Source: Pseudomonadota bacterium
GTDB lineage: Bacteria; Bdellovibrionota_B; Oligoflexia; Oligoflexales; RGVZ01
Reading direction: 5' to 3'
NCBI GenBank assembly: GCA_041178085.1
Contig: JBEGVZ010000119.1
Span: forward strand, 32,001 to 96,000
Length of the DNA stretch: 64,000 nt
Part shown: one piece after another, positions 9,974-20,696 of the stretch
How the letters are laid out: every line of letters begins with the position of its first letter
Position numbering within the stretch: the first letter of the stretch is position 1
The notes under the pieces: generated by a model
What the model was told of the DNA's origin: nothing
Database searches by the model: none
The model's input: the letters and a program-made list of their open reading frames with translations, nothing else
Position numbers and translations under genes: made by a program

Positions 9974-11590
9974 ATGGACGCAGCAGCCTCGCAAAATTTC
10001 AAACAACTTTTGGAAATGCGTCAATTTCCTGTCACTTGGCCTGGGCACTACCTGGCCAGCGGCTGGCATCACTCCGGCAAGATGGAGGACACCGGCCAAA
10101 GGCGCCACTCGGTCAATCCAAACACCGGCGAAGAGCTGGTCGCCACGACCACCGAGCGCGAGGCGAAATCGACTCTCGACAAGGCAATCGAACAAGCAGA
10201 ACACGCCCGCCTGGTTCTGAGGACGTTGCCCGTCGAAGCGCGCATGGACGAACTCAGGATGGTTCGCCGCGCACTCGGCGATTTCGCCAGGGAGCTCATG
10301 CTTGCACTACGGTTGGAATCTGGAATGACGCCGGCAGAAGCCGATATGGATCTGGCGGCCGCATCGCGCCATCTGGACTACGTCCTGGAAAATTTTTCGG
10401 CCATTGAAGAAGCCCTGCTGGCACCCGCTCGCCTTGGCTTTGCCAGTCCTGGCAGGAAACAGGATTTCGTGCTGCTTCCAGTCGGAACGACCCTTGGCTA
10501 TATGCCTTTTTCCAATCCACTTTCGACTTTTGCGACGCACGTCAGTGCGTCCCTCCTGGCTGGTTGCCCGTTGATCACAATGCCAAGCCCGCACTGCTCC
10601 CTGGTCGGGATTCTGCTCGGACATATGGTGTCGGAGCTGTCTTTGACCCGCGGCGCACTGCAGATTGTCTTTGGCAACTTTGAAGTGCTGCGCCACGGCC
10701 TCAACAACCGGCAAGTGGCCGCCGTGCTGTTCAACGGATCCCGCGAGCATTGTCAAAGGCTGCGCGCGGAAAGCCGGGCCGTCATCGAACGCCAGCTTGT
10801 CCTGCAATCGGGCGGGAAAAACGCAGTGATCGTGCACGAGACCGCAGACTTGATGGAGGCCGTCCGCATCACCATGGCCGGAGCAATGCGCGGCGCGGGA
10901 CAACTGTGTACCTCAACCAGCCGCGTCTTTGTGCACCGCTCAGTGAGCGAAGCTTTCTGTGGAGCCCTGGAAACTGCCGCAGCTCACCTTGTGATTGGAA
11001 GGACTGACTTGCCGGGACAGGACGACGCCGGCGGGCGGGACCTGCTGGCCGGACGCGGCATGCCACACATGGGCCCCCTGTATGCCGGCAAGGCTGTCGA
11101 CAAGTTCCTTCGCTTTCAGACCATGGCAAGGCGGGAAGAAAAACGCTCGCTGGTCGTCGGAAAGAAACTGCCGGAATTGCGCAGCGGGCACTTCGTGACC
11201 CCAGGGATCCACCTGCTCAAGCAATTCGATCCATCGAGCGCCTACCAGGCAAATGTCATCTTTGGACCCGACATTGCGATCTATGAATACACGGACCTCG
11301 ACCAGACGATCGAAGCGGTCAATTCCACGGACGCTGCGTTTGCTGTGGCGTTTGCCGGCGATCCGGAAGTGATCCGCAACTGGCGTCACCACGTCCTGGC
11401 ACCAAATGTGATCATGAACGGACCAACCACAGAGCACGAAGTACAGCTACCGCTTGCCGGGCGCCTGCAAAGCGGGCATCACCGGTTTCATGGAGCTGCC
11501 CTTGCGCTTTACTTGAGCTATCCCCAGGTGATCCACAGCCACGGCACGGGGATCGACGAATATCTAGCTTCGTGGCGGAAAACCATCTGA
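9974..11590 (+). CDS. aldehyde dehydrogenase family protein (degenerate active site)
   Basis: SVNPNTGE, GGKNA, AGQLCTSTSR, IFGP motifs; several catalytic and NAD-binding residues substituted. Confidence 0.85.
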   Translation: MDAAASQNFKQLLEMRQFPVTWPGHYLASGWHHSGKMEDTGQRRHSVNPNTGEELVATTTEREAKSTLDKAIEQAEHARLVLRTLPVEARMDELRMVRRALGDFARELMLALRLESGMTPAEADMDLAAASRHLDYVLENFSAIEEALLAPARLGFASPGRKQDFVLLPVGTTLGYMPFSNPLSTFATHVSASLLAGCPLITMPSPHCSLVGILLGHMVSELSLTRGALQIVFGNFEVLRHGLNNRQVAAVLFNGSREHCQRLRAESRAVIERQLVLQSGGKNAVIVHETADLMEAVRITMAGAMRGAGQLCTSTSRVFVHRSVSEAFCGALETAAAHLVIGRTDLPGQDDAGGRDLLAGRGMPHMGPLYAGKAVDKFLRFQTMARREEKRSLVVGKKLPELRSGHFVTPGIHLLKQFDPSSAYQANVIFGPDIAIYEYTDLDQTIEAVNSTDAAFAVAFAGDPEVIRNWRHHVLAPNVIMNGPTTEHEVQLPLAGRLQSGHHRFHGAALALYLSYPQVIHSHGTGIDEYLASWRKTI

Positions 11591-11662
11591 TCCCTTGGCC
11601 GCAGCCGTTTGTCCCTGTAAAAAGACACATCGGGCATTTTCTCAACCACGGGGAGCCACGAA

Positions 11663-13474
11663 GTGTCACAAGATGTTGCCAGATCCGCCATGGAAAGGGC
11701 CCGCTACTGGGCGACCGCCAAGGCTTTCGACGATGCCACCCGCGCAGAAGTCCAACAACTTCTCGACCGCGGCGACGAACAGGAAATCATCAACCGATTC
11801 TACCGCGACCTTGAATTCGGCACCGGCGGGATGCGAGGCATTCTGGGACCTGGCAGTTGCCGGATGAACCTCTACAATGTCCGCAAGGCCACCACAGCCA
11901 TTGCCAACTACCTGATCGACTTTCACGGCCGCGGCAAGAAATTGTCGGTAGCAATTGCTTATGACTCCCGAAATCGCTCGCAGGAGTTTGCGCGTGCCGC
12001 CGCCGAAGTGCTTGCCGCGAAAGGCATCACCGCCTTGATCACCAAGGAGCTGCGGCCTACCCCCATGCTCTCCTTCATGACGCGACACTTTCAATGCGCA
12101 GCCGGCATCTGCATCACGGCCAGCCACAATCCGCCCGAATACAACGGTTACAAGGTGTATTGGCAAACGGGTGGCCAGCTGGTGCCACCGCACGATCAGG
12201 AAATCGTCCGGCGCTACAGTGAAATCCAGGGTTACGAATCGCTGGAACACATGCCCTACGAAGACGCAAAAAAAGCCGGCTTGATCCGGGAAATTGGCGG
12301 CGAGCTGGACGAGGTTTACTTTTCCAAGATCCAAAGCTTGATGCTACACGGCAAGGATCTGCCAGGGACTGTGAAGTCCGCCTTTAAGATTGTTTACACG
12401 CCACTCCACGGGACTGGATTTTTTCCGGTGACGGAATGCCTGAAGCGCTTTGGTTTCACGAACGTCCTGATTCCGCCGGAGCAAAAAGCCCCGGATGGAC
12501 GCTTTCCAACGGTGAAATATCCAAACCCGGAAGAGCCGGAAGCCCTCGCCATGGCGATCAAGCTGGCACGCGACACGGACGCTGACTTGGTTCTTGGGAC
12601 GGATCCTGACACGGACCGCATCGGCATCGTCGTCCGTGAGGGGACTGAATATGTCATCTTCAACGGGAACCAAATTGGCTGCCTGTTGACCGAGTTTGTT
12701 CTGGAAGGGTTGACCGCTGCTGGCCGGATGCCAAAGGATCCGCTGGTCATCAAAACCATCGTGACGACCGACATGCAGGCCGACATCGCACACCACTATG
12801 GAGCGGCCTGTGAGGAAACCCTGACTGGCTTCAAGTGGATCTGTGACCGGATTGAGGCCTATGCCACCGGCGCCCTCACCCCCAAAAAGACTTACGTTTG
12901 CGGCGGCGAAGAAAGCTACGGATTCCTGATGGACCACTTCGTTCGCGACAAGGACGCCGTGGCTGCCTGCTGCATCGCAGCCGAGATGGTCGCCTGGTAC
13001 AAGCACCAGGGCCTGACCATGTCCCAGGTTCTTGACCGCCTGTTCCTGCGCCACGGGCTTTATCAGGAAGGACTGCATACCATCACGCTGCCCGGGCAAT
13101 CAGGCGAAGCGCGTATCAAACAAATGATGAACGGACTGCGCAAAGCACCCCCATCAACTTTGGCTGGCAAGAAAGTAAAGATCATCCGGGATTATGAGTT
13201 CGGGCGGGTACTTGCCTGCACCCCCAAGGGGCCGGAATTGGTGGGGAATATCACGCTTCCCAAGTCGGACGTGCTACAATTTGAGCTGGACGACGGGTCC
13301 AAGGTCAGTGTCCGCCCTTCCGGCACTGAACCCAAGATCAAGTTTTATGTCAGCGTCCGGGACGGCAGAGCCAAAGGGGCGAGCCTGGCGGAACTTCCGG
13401 CCTTGAAAAAAGAGGCGCTTGGAAGGGTCGAAGAGATCAAGCAGACGTTTGTGGATCTCGCCAGCAAGCAGTAA
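11663..13474 (+). CDS. pgm: phosphoglucomutase/phosphomannomutase
   Basis: FGTGGMRG, TASHNPP, DPDTDR, GEES, RPSGTEPKIKFY motifs; GTG start. Confidence 0.93.
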   Translation: MSQDVARSAMERARYWATAKAFDDATRAEVQQLLDRGDEQEIINRFYRDLEFGTGGMRGILGPGSCRMNLYNVRKATTAIANYLIDFHGRGKKLSVAIAYDSRNRSQEFARAAAEVLAAKGITALITKELRPTPMLSFMTRHFQCAAGICITASHNPPEYNGYKVYWQTGGQLVPPHDQEIVRRYSEIQGYESLEHMPYEDAKKAGLIREIGGELDEVYFSKIQSLMLHGKDLPGTVKSAFKIVYTPLHGTGFFPVTECLKRFGFTNVLIPPEQKAPDGRFPTVKYPNPEEPEALAMAIKLARDTDADLVLGTDPDTDRIGIVVREGTEYVIFNGNQIGCLLTEFVLEGLTAAGRMPKDPLVIKTIVTTDMQADIAHHYGAACEETLTGFKWICDRIEAYATGALTPKKTYVCGGEESYGFLMDHFVRDKDAVAACCIAAEMVAWYKHQGLTMSQVLDRLFLRHGLYQEGLHTITLPGQSGEARIKQMMNGLRKAPPSTLAGKKVKIIRDYEFGRVLACTPKGPELVGNITLPKSDVLQFELDDGSKVSVRPSGTEPKIKFYVSVRDGRAKGASLAELPALKKEALGRVEEIKQTFVDLASKQ

Positions 13475-13517
13475 GCAAGTCCAGTTCCGGGATGACCGGC
13501 AATGTGGAGTCGTTGTG

Positions 13518-14384
13518 ATGAAAAATTTCTGCTCCCGAGTTGTCCTTGCGGCAGGCGTTGGCCTGATCACATGGTCAGCTGGCATGACGACTGCGGTCTT
13601 TGCTCAGACCAGCGGCCAATACCAGCGTGCGAGCGACGGCGCTGAAGTCGTCATGCGCAAAATGTATCCCAAGAAAGGCCGGTTCGAGCTGGAAGCGACT
13701 GGCGGCATGATCCTGAACCAGTCCTATCTGAACACATTCCTTTTTGGCGGAGGCGCCAACTACTTCTGGTCCGAGACGTGGGGGCTTGGTGCAGAGGTCA
13801 TGATCGCATCCAATTCGGACAAGGACGAGCGTACTTGCCTGGAAAATTTCTATAACGACCCTGAGGACGTCGTCGGCCCTGAATGTGGGTCTGCCGACAA
13901 CCTGAGTGGCCGCGCCAACTATGGGCCGGCCTACGTGCCGATCCGACAAACCAACATGATCCTCGGTGCACACGGAATCTGGAATCCAGTTTATGGCAAA
14001 CAGATTATCCTCTTGCGCGCGGTTACCCACTTTGACCTGTACATGCTGGTTGGTGGTGGCCTTGCGTTCTCGACCTTCTGGCCGCAGCAGTTGAACTTGA
14101 AAGGCACCACGCGGAGCGCCCGCGGCACTTTCAATGCGGATCAGAATGCCACCTCCGGCAATCCAGGTGCCACGCCCGGCGAGAGCGATCTTTACGGAAC
14201 CAATGGCCGTCCTGACCCTGAGTCGACGACCAACATCCAGGGCACCGCTGCCGTTGGACAAAAAATCCACTTCACAAAAAACTTTCACGCCCGGATCGAG
14301 CTCAGAAATTATCTTTTGCTGGGAACAAAGTCGGGTTTTGACAACTTCTTCGCGCTTACCGGCGGTGTTGGTTTCCGCTTCTGA
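13518..14384 (+). CDS. outer-membrane beta-barrel protein (Myxococcus/Bdellovibrio type)
   Basis: Signal peptide; VMRKMYPKKGRFEL, WNPVYGK, HFDLY motifs; C-terminal GVGFRF. Confidence 0.75.
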   Translation: MKNFCSRVVLAAGVGLITWSAGMTTAVFAQTSGQYQRASDGAEVVMRKMYPKKGRFELEATGGMILNQSYLNTFLFGGGANYFWSETWGLGAEVMIASNSDKDERTCLENFYNDPEDVVGPECGSADNLSGRANYGPAYVPIRQTNMILGAHGIWNPVYGKQIILLRAVTHFDLYMLVGGGLAFSTFWPQQLNLKGTTRSARGTFNADQNATSGNPGATPGESDLYGTNGRPDPESTTNIQGTAAVGQKIHFTKNFHARIELRNYLLLGTKSGFDNFFALTGGVGFRF

Positions 14385-14389
14385 CTCCG

Positions 14390-14725
14390 TCAGGCGCCTG
14401 TGCGTTGCTTGATGATGGCGAAAACCTTTTCCAGGTCTTTTGGTGTGATGCCGATTTTGAGCAGGCCGCCGACGTCTATGACGATGGCTTCCTGTTTGAA
14501 GGGTCGCATCAAGTCGCGATGAAACCAGATCCTCTGCAAGTCCATGCCCCAAATCCGCCACTTGCCGGAAAGCAGGCCCAGATTTTTGCGTCGTGCAGAG
14601 CGGATTTCCGTCCAGGCGATCTTGCGCGCCCGGCGGGACGGAAAATAAAAATTGCGGACCAGAATTCCATCTGATCCGCAAGCAACGAGCGAGTCGTCAT
14701 AGATCCATTTTGAACTGCTTTTCAC
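14390..14725 (-). CDS. hypothetical protein (possible bacterial PH-like fold)
   Basis: 111-aa ORF downstream of ssb with YFP..RKI.W..I, KWRIWG and IGITP patterns. Confidence 0.6.
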   Translation of the reverse strand: MKSSSKWIYDDSLVACGSDGILVRNFYFPSRRARKIAWTEIRSARRKNLGLLSGKWRIWGMDLQRIWFHRDLMRPFKQEAIVIDVGGLLKIGITPKDLEKVFAIIKQRTGA

Positions 14726-14739
14726 GCCCTGAATCCCGT

Positions 14740-15207
14740 TTAGAAGGGGATGTCATCCAAGGTCGGGTCATACGCGCCGCCAGCATTGGGCTGGCTGCCG
14801 CTGATTTCACCGGATCCCGGGCCGCTGGTGGACGGGGCTGTTCCCATCTCGCCGCGCTCACGGGACTGCGATCCCCCGGCTCCGCCAAGGAATTGCACAT
14901 TCTGCGCCACGATTTCCGTTGTGTAGCGCTTCTGACCGGTCTTGTCTTCCCACGAACGGGTCTGAAGCTTGCCCTCGACAAACACCGTCCGTCCCTTGGC
15001 CAGGTATTTCGCACAGTTTTCAGCTTGCTTGTTCCAAACTACGACACGGTGCCACTCTGTCTGTTCCTGACGCTGGCCGTCGGCGCCCGTACGGTAGTCA
15101 GTGGTCGCCACGTTCAAAGTTGCGACGGCAACCTGGTTGGCGGTGTAACGGAGCTCGGGGTCTTGGCCGAGGTTACCGATGATCAGAACACGGTTCAGGG
15201 ATGCCAT
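14740..15207 (-). CDS. ssb: single-stranded DNA-binding protein
   Basis: LNRVLIIGNLGQDPELRYT, TEWHRVV, acidic tail DDIPF. Confidence 0.98.
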   Translation of the reverse strand: MASLNRVLIIGNLGQDPELRYTANQVAVATLNVATTDYRTGADGQRQEQTEWHRVVVWNKQAENCAKYLAKGRTVFVEGKLQTRSWEDKTGQKRYTTEIVAQNVQFLGGAGGSQSRERGEMGTAPSTSGPGSGEISGSQPNAGGAYDPTLDDIPF

Positions 15208-15349
15208 GGTTGGAACTCCTTCAAGTGCAGCGCCAGCCGATTACAGGGCCGGCAAGCTTTCGACTTCTTGGGATAGCCGCAAAGCTTTGTCCCCGTCAAA
15301 AGCTAAATTTGGGTTTGCTGAAAATGCCATGCCATGACATCTTCGCTCC

Positions 15350-16858
15350 ATGAAACCTCGACTTACGGATACTGCCAGAAGCCGCTTGAAAATCAGCATG
15401 TTCGTTGCAGGTTGCGCTGGTGTAATGGCGGCCCTCACAGCGACCAGCGGATGTCAGCGCGACGAAAGATTCCCCGCACTGGGCGACCGGATCGCCAGCC
15501 CGGTGGCGATTGTCACCGGTCCAGACGAGCAACACTTCTACGTTTTGAACGCCGATTTTGACCGGACTTACAACGCCGGTTCCATCGTGGTCATCGACGC
15601 CGATGGCAACAAAAAAGCAGTCGTGCCAGTTCCGCGCCTTGGCCGAACGCTCTCCGTCTCGGGGACGAGCCTGCTCGTGACCTTCGACTCCGACGGGACA
15701 AGCAGCGGTCCACAAGCGATCCTGTTTGACCTTTCAGACGCCGCAAATCCCGTTGAAGTGAAGCGCATCGACATGCCTTGCAACCCGCTCAACGTCGTAA
15801 TGCGTGACGGCTACAAATACTTTGCCGTTGCCTGCGAGGCCAATGGCGACACGGGTAGTCTGGCCATTGGGATACTTGACGGGGCCAACACAGTGATCAA
15901 CCTGGTCCGCTCTTACGGCACCGCGCGCAGGGCCATGCACATCGACGTGACCAACGAGCTTTTGTTCGCATTCCCAACCGACTTCGGCTTGCAAACGTGG
16001 ATGGACCTCGACATGGACGACGCGGTCAGCTACGGAACCGACGGATCCCAAACCGCACAACCCAATGAAATCCCGGACGAATACGAAAAAACGCGCAGGG
16101 CCCGCTCCAACACTGGGCAGCGCCGGATTTTCCAATTCGTCGTTTACGATCTGAAGGCAGAAGCGCAGGCCAGCCCAGAGGCTTTCCCCTTCCGGCCAGT
16201 GTCCGACAAACAGGTCGAGAGTGAATTCCGCTGGATCTACTTCAACCCCCAGGGCTTTGGCGGGCTACCCGATTCCGACGCTGGCCTGACGTCAACCACT
16301 GCAACCAGGCGTTACTACAGAACAAACTTCTTCAGTGCCGCGCACGATCCTGAAGACGGTGCCGCCTTTTACCTTTCTCATCGCGGGCACGTCGACGCCG
16401 CCACAGGCATCGGCTCGCCACACGCCAACGACGTTTTGCGAGTAAGCCTGACGGGCGATCCGCGCCCAGCAGCTGACGGAACAGTCCCCAAAACTTCGAC
16501 CTACCTTGGCTTTGAGCGGGTTTACGGAAGGGGCAACGAAGACCACGCCCAGGGGCTGCATTATCCGGGTGATATCGCAGTTCGCCGGGTCGCCGGCCAG
16601 AAGATGCTTTTCGTAAATCATTTCAGGGATTTGGTGAACTGGACGCGTTCCCAGGTCTATTTTGCTGTGGCGGCAAAGACCCTTGGCAATGACTACTGGC
16701 ACAGCGAAAAAGGCAGCGCCGACCCCTACGAATCCTACTACCAGATGGCCGTCACGAAGACCGGTCGCATGGCCGCGTGTTCCTTCTACGGCAGCAAGGT
16801 TATTCTGTTTGATGTTCTGCCCGGTGCTGCTATAAATGAGCGATTGAGCATCCAATAA
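15350..16858 (+). CDS. hypothetical lipoprotein, probable beta-propeller
   Basis: Lipobox-like ATSGC; YVLNADFDRTYNAGSIVVID beta-rich blades; directly upstream of smc. Confidence 0.65.
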   Translation: MKPRLTDTARSRLKISMFVAGCAGVMAALTATSGCQRDERFPALGDRIASPVAIVTGPDEQHFYVLNADFDRTYNAGSIVVIDADGNKKAVVPVPRLGRTLSVSGTSLLVTFDSDGTSSGPQAILFDLSDAANPVEVKRIDMPCNPLNVVMRDGYKYFAVACEANGDTGSLAIGILDGANTVINLVRSYGTARRAMHIDVTNELLFAFPTDFGLQTWMDLDMDDAVSYGTDGSQTAQPNEIPDEYEKTRRARSNTGQRRIFQFVVYDLKAEAQASPEAFPFRPVSDKQVESEFRWIYFNPQGFGGLPDSDAGLTSTTATRRYYRTNFFSAAHDPEDGAAFYLSHRGHVDAATGIGSPHANDVLRVSLTGDPRPAADGTVPKTSTYLGFERVYGRGNEDHAQGLHYPGDIAVRRVAGQKMLFVNHFRDLVNWTRSQVYFAVAAKTLGNDYWHSEKGSADPYESYYQMAVTKTGRMAACSFYGSKVILFDVLPGAAINERLSIQ

Positions 16859-16877
16859 ACGCTTGTGGCAGTGACCT

Positions 16878-19800
16878 ATGCACCTAAAACGAATCACCGT
16901 TCAGGGCTTCAAGTCCTTTGCTGACAAAATCAGCCTGACCTTTGACCGGGGCATCACTGGTGTCGTCGGTCCCAACGGTTCGGGCAAAAGCAACATCATC
17001 GACGCTGTCCGCTGGGTGATGGGCGAACAAAACGCCAAGAACCTTCGTGGTGAAAAGGCAACGGACATCATTTTTGCGGGTTCAGAACGCCGCAAGACCA
17101 TGTCCATGGCAGAGGTTTCGCTGACCTTTGACAACACCGAAGGTGCCAGCATCTGTCCGCCAGAATACCGGCACGAACCTGAAATCACCCTGACGCGCCG
17201 CCTCTACGCGGACGGCCAGCGGGAATACTTGATCAACCGTAAACCCTGTCGTTTAAAAGACATCGTCGGCTTTTTCGCGATGACCGGCCTTGGTGGGCGC
17301 AGCTACTCAATGATCCAGCAGGGTCAAGTCGACCGGATTCTTAACGCAAAGCCGGAAGACGTCCGCGAAATCCTGGAAGAAGCGGCCGGTACGCTGCTCT
17401 ACAAGCAGCGCAAGATCGAAGCGCAAAAGCGCCTGGAAGCCACCAACCTGAACCTTTCGCGCGTGACCGACATCCTGGCTGAAATTGAGCGTCAGAAGAC
17501 CAGCCTCGAGGAACAAGTCGAAAAAGCCCAGAAGTGGCAGGAAATGAGCACAAGGCTGCGGGAAGAAGAACTTCTCCTGTTCGCCCACAACTTCAAGCTG
17601 TTCAAAGACAAGCTCGACGAAGCCCAGGCAGCCCTTGCCGAGCAGACGACCAAGGAAGCGGAATTCCTGGCTGCGGTTTCACAGTACGAGGCCCGTTACG
17701 AGGAACTCCAGCAGATGCTGGCCGAAGCAGACCCTGAGCTGGCTGCCGTGGTCGAGCAGATCTCGTCTGTCCGCGAGGAGATTGCCCGCGCAGAATCTTC
17801 TGTCAGCAATGCACAGACCCGCATGGACACCGGTGCAAACCGCCTGCGCGACATCGGTCGCGAGATCCAGGAAGACGCCGCCAACCTGGCCGTGATTGAG
17901 GCCCAGGTCGAAGGGGCGACTGTGGAACTTTCCACGGCTGAAAAGCTGGCGACGGAACTTCGCCGGCAACTTGAAGACTTCCAGAATGAAGTCGACGCGG
18001 TCGATGAATCTGCCCAGGTCTTCCGCGCGAAGATCGAAGAGGGTGAAGACGAGATCCGCAACCTGACCCGCCTGATCGACACGAACAAAGTGCGTACCGA
18101 ATCGACCCAGCGCGAGATTGCGCGGGTCGAGAAATTGATCGAAGGCGAAAACACGCGGCGACAGAGCCTTAGAGAAGACGTCGCCCAGGCCCTTGCGATC
18201 GTCGAGTCGGCTCAAGGCAAGGCTGCCGGGCAGCAAGAAGGCCTGGACGTCGAAATCCGTGAAAAGCACTCGCGTGAAGCTGCGGTTGCTGCGCGTTACG
18301 CGCAAATGAAAGAAGCCAACACAACCCGCGACACACTGCGCGAGAAGTACCACGAGTCCCGTGCGCGCCTTGCGTCCTTGCAGGAACTTGATGAGCAGGG
18401 GGCGACAGACGCCTCTGCTTCACTCAACAAGCTTTACGAAACCGGCACTGTCGACCGCGCCAACGTCCCGGGGCTTTTTGCTGAGCAAATTGCCTGGAAC
18501 AGTAACTCCCAGGAACTGCCGAAGCCTGCAACGCAGGCCTTTGAACGCTGGGCGGAGCGCATCGTCATCACCGGTGTCGATGGCCTGAACCAGGTCGTAC
18601 GCGCAGCGTCCAAGGCGGAGGTGACTCCACTGCCCGTGACCTTGCTGGCGCGTTCCGTCACGCTCAAGTCAAACAGCCAGTTCGCCAGCCAGGTCGCATC
18701 CTGGGCATCTGCTTATGATGCCGTCCCGATGGGTGAGTTCCTACGGATTGACTCCAAACCTCATGCCAGCGGTGAAGCGAAGAGCGGGCTCGAGGCGCTT
18801 CTCTCCCGTCTTTACTTCGTCCCGGCACTGGCCATGGACCAGGCTACGCTTGGAGAGATGCCAGCCGGCCTGATCGCCTTTACGGCACAAGGGCTTTGCA
18901 TAACCGGTGAAGACGACTTCCTGGTGAGTGGCAAGGGCGGAGCCAGCGTCTTGAGCCGCAAGTCTGAACAAGAATCGCTGGCCAAGGCGCTGAAGCAAAT
19001 CGAAGGGGACCTCGCCCGCGCGCAGTCGCTGATCGATGAGCTGGAACTTAAAATCAACGAAGACCGCGCCGTCGTCACAGAAATCGACGGACGCCTTCAG
19101 CAACAAAATGCGACTGTTCTGGCGATCATGTCGGAACTCCAGTCCGCGCAGCAGGTTGCAACGCACAAGCAGGAGTTGCTTGCTGCACAAGAGCAAACCA
19201 TGGCGGAACTGTCCCGGCAGGACGAGCAGTTCAAGTCGGAACTGGCAAATCTGGAGACCTCGCGCACTTCGCTGGAAGAGGAACTGCGCAACGCCGAAAT
19301 CGAATTGGCAAGCATCCGCGAAGAAGCTTCAGGGCTTGAGGAAAGACGCGAGGAAGTCTTCCGCCAGAACCAGCAGCGCTCTGTCGACCTGGCCAAGTCA
19401 GAGGCCCGGGCCAATGCCCTGCGCGAAAGCTTCACCCATGCACGGGCTCAGCAAGAACTTCTGCAAAACAAGCTGAGCCGCCGTTATGAAGAACAGGCCT
19501 CCCTGCAAGGGGACATCGACGCAGCTAAAAATCTGCTGGAACACTCTCAAAACAGGATCGAGGGACTGATTGCCCAGCGCGCTGAGCTGGACGAGAAAGT
19601 CGCGGAAAAACGCGAAGCTCAAGCCGGCATCCATGAAGAACTGCGAGTGATCGACTCGCGCCTCAAAGAGTGCCGTGACCACCAGGCCAAGGTGCAAAAG
19701 AGCCTGTCGGACAAGAACGTCCAGATCGAACGTGCAACCATGGCCATCTCGAGCGTGACGGCCCAGGCCCAGGAGAAATACCAGCTCGACATCGCAACCT

Positions 19801-20696
19801 ACGAATTCACCTTTGACCCTGAATTTGAAGCAGACAAAACTGCGCGCAGCGTCGGCAGCTTGCGTGGTCGCATTGAATCCCTTGGCCCGATCAACATGAT
19901 GGCCCTGCAGGAGTTCGAAGAGCTGACCACACGCGAGAACTTCATCCGCACGCAACAGGATGAGATCAACTCCAGCATCATGCTTCTCAATGAGGCCATT
20001 GGAGAGATCGAAGTTTCCTCGAAAGACAAGTTCCTGGCGACGTTCCACATCATCAACCGCGAATTTGGCCAGCTGTTCCCGATCCTTTTCCCGAACGGGG
20101 AAGGGCACCTGGAACTGACCAACCCGGAAGATCCGCTTGGTGGTGGCGTCGAGATAATGGTCCGCCTGCCTGGCAAAAAGCAGCAGAGCATGAACCTGTT
20201 CTCGGGTGGAGAAAAAGCCCTGACGGCGATCTCACTGATCTTTGCATTGCTTAAGACCAAGCCGACACCGTTCTGCTTCCTTGACGAAGTTGATGCGCCG
20301 CTCGACGAAGCCAACGTCGGCCGCTACAACCGTGTCCTCGATGCGCTTTCGGACCAGTTCCAGTTCATCATCATTACCCACAACCGCCGCACGATGGAGG
20401 TCCTTGACACCCTCTACGGCGTGACGATGCAAGAGCCAGGCGTCTCCAGCATCGTTGGCGTGGACATGAAGAAGGACTTGCCACCTCACTTGCGCAAGGC
20501 GTTCAAGGAAGAGGGTTCAAAGGAGGCCGTCAAGCCGGCTGCTTCGGCGGCTCCGACGACGAGGATCTCTGGCGCCACGGCAGTGGACGAGGGCGAATCC
20601 AGACCAGCTTTGTCGACGGAACCTGTGGAACTTGCCCCGGACTTTGACACGGACATCCCCGTGCCGGTCGAGGCACTGCAGGGCAAACTTGAATAA
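16878..20696 (+). CDS. smc: chromosome segregation protein SMC
   Basis: GFKSF, GPNGSGKSN, SGGEK signature, FLDEVDAPLD, ITHN; long coiled coils. Confidence 0.98.
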   Translation: MHLKRITVQGFKSFADKISLTFDRGITGVVGPNGSGKSNIIDAVRWVMGEQNAKNLRGEKATDIIFAGSERRKTMSMAEVSLTFDNTEGASICPPEYRHEPEITLTRRLYADGQREYLINRKPCRLKDIVGFFAMTGLGGRSYSMIQQGQVDRILNAKPEDVREILEEAAGTLLYKQRKIEAQKRLEATNLNLSRVTDILAEIERQKTSLEEQVEKAQKWQEMSTRLREEELLLFAHNFKLFKDKLDEAQAALAEQTTKEAEFLAAVSQYEARYEELQQMLAEADPELAAVVEQISSVREEIARAESSVSNAQTRMDTGANRLRDIGREIQEDAANLAVIEAQVEGATVELSTAEKLATELRRQLEDFQNEVDAVDESAQVFRAKIEEGEDEIRNLTRLIDTNKVRTESTQREIARVEKLIEGENTRRQSLREDVAQALAIVESAQGKAAGQQEGLDVEIREKHSREAAVAARYAQMKEANTTRDTLREKYHESRARLASLQELDEQGATDASASLNKLYETGTVDRANVPGLFAEQIAWNSNSQELPKPATQAFERWAERIVITGVDGLNQVVRAASKAEVTPLPVTLLARSVTLKSNSQFASQVASWASAYDAVPMGEFLRIDSKPHASGEAKSGLEALLSRLYFVPALAMDQATLGEMPAGLIAFTAQGLCITGEDDFLVSGKGGASVLSRKSEQESLAKALKQIEGDLARAQSLIDELELKINEDRAVVTEIDGRLQQQNATVLAIMSELQSAQQVATHKQELLAAQEQTMAELSRQDEQFKSELANLETSRTSLEEELRNAEIELASIREEASGLEERREEVFRQNQQRSVDLAKSEARANALRESFTHARAQQELLQNKLSRRYEEQASLQGDIDAAKNLLEHSQNRIEGLIAQRAELDEKVAEKREAQAGIHEELRVIDSRLKECRDHQAKVQKSLSDKNVQIERATMAISSVTAQAQEKYQLDIATYEFTFDPEFEADKTARSVGSLRGRIESLGPINMMALQEFEELTTRENFIRTQQDEINSSIMLLNEAIGEIEVSSKDKFLATFHIINREFGQLFPILFPNGEGHLELTNPEDPLGGGVEIMVRLPGKKQQSMNLFSGGEKALTAISLIFALLKTKPTPFCFLDEVDAPLDEANVGRYNRVLDALSDQFQFIIITHNRRTMEVLDTLYGVTMQEPGVSSIVGVDMKKDLPPHLRKAFKEEGSKEAVKPAASAAPTTRISGATAVDEGESRPALSTEPVELAPDFDTDIPVPVEALQGKLE

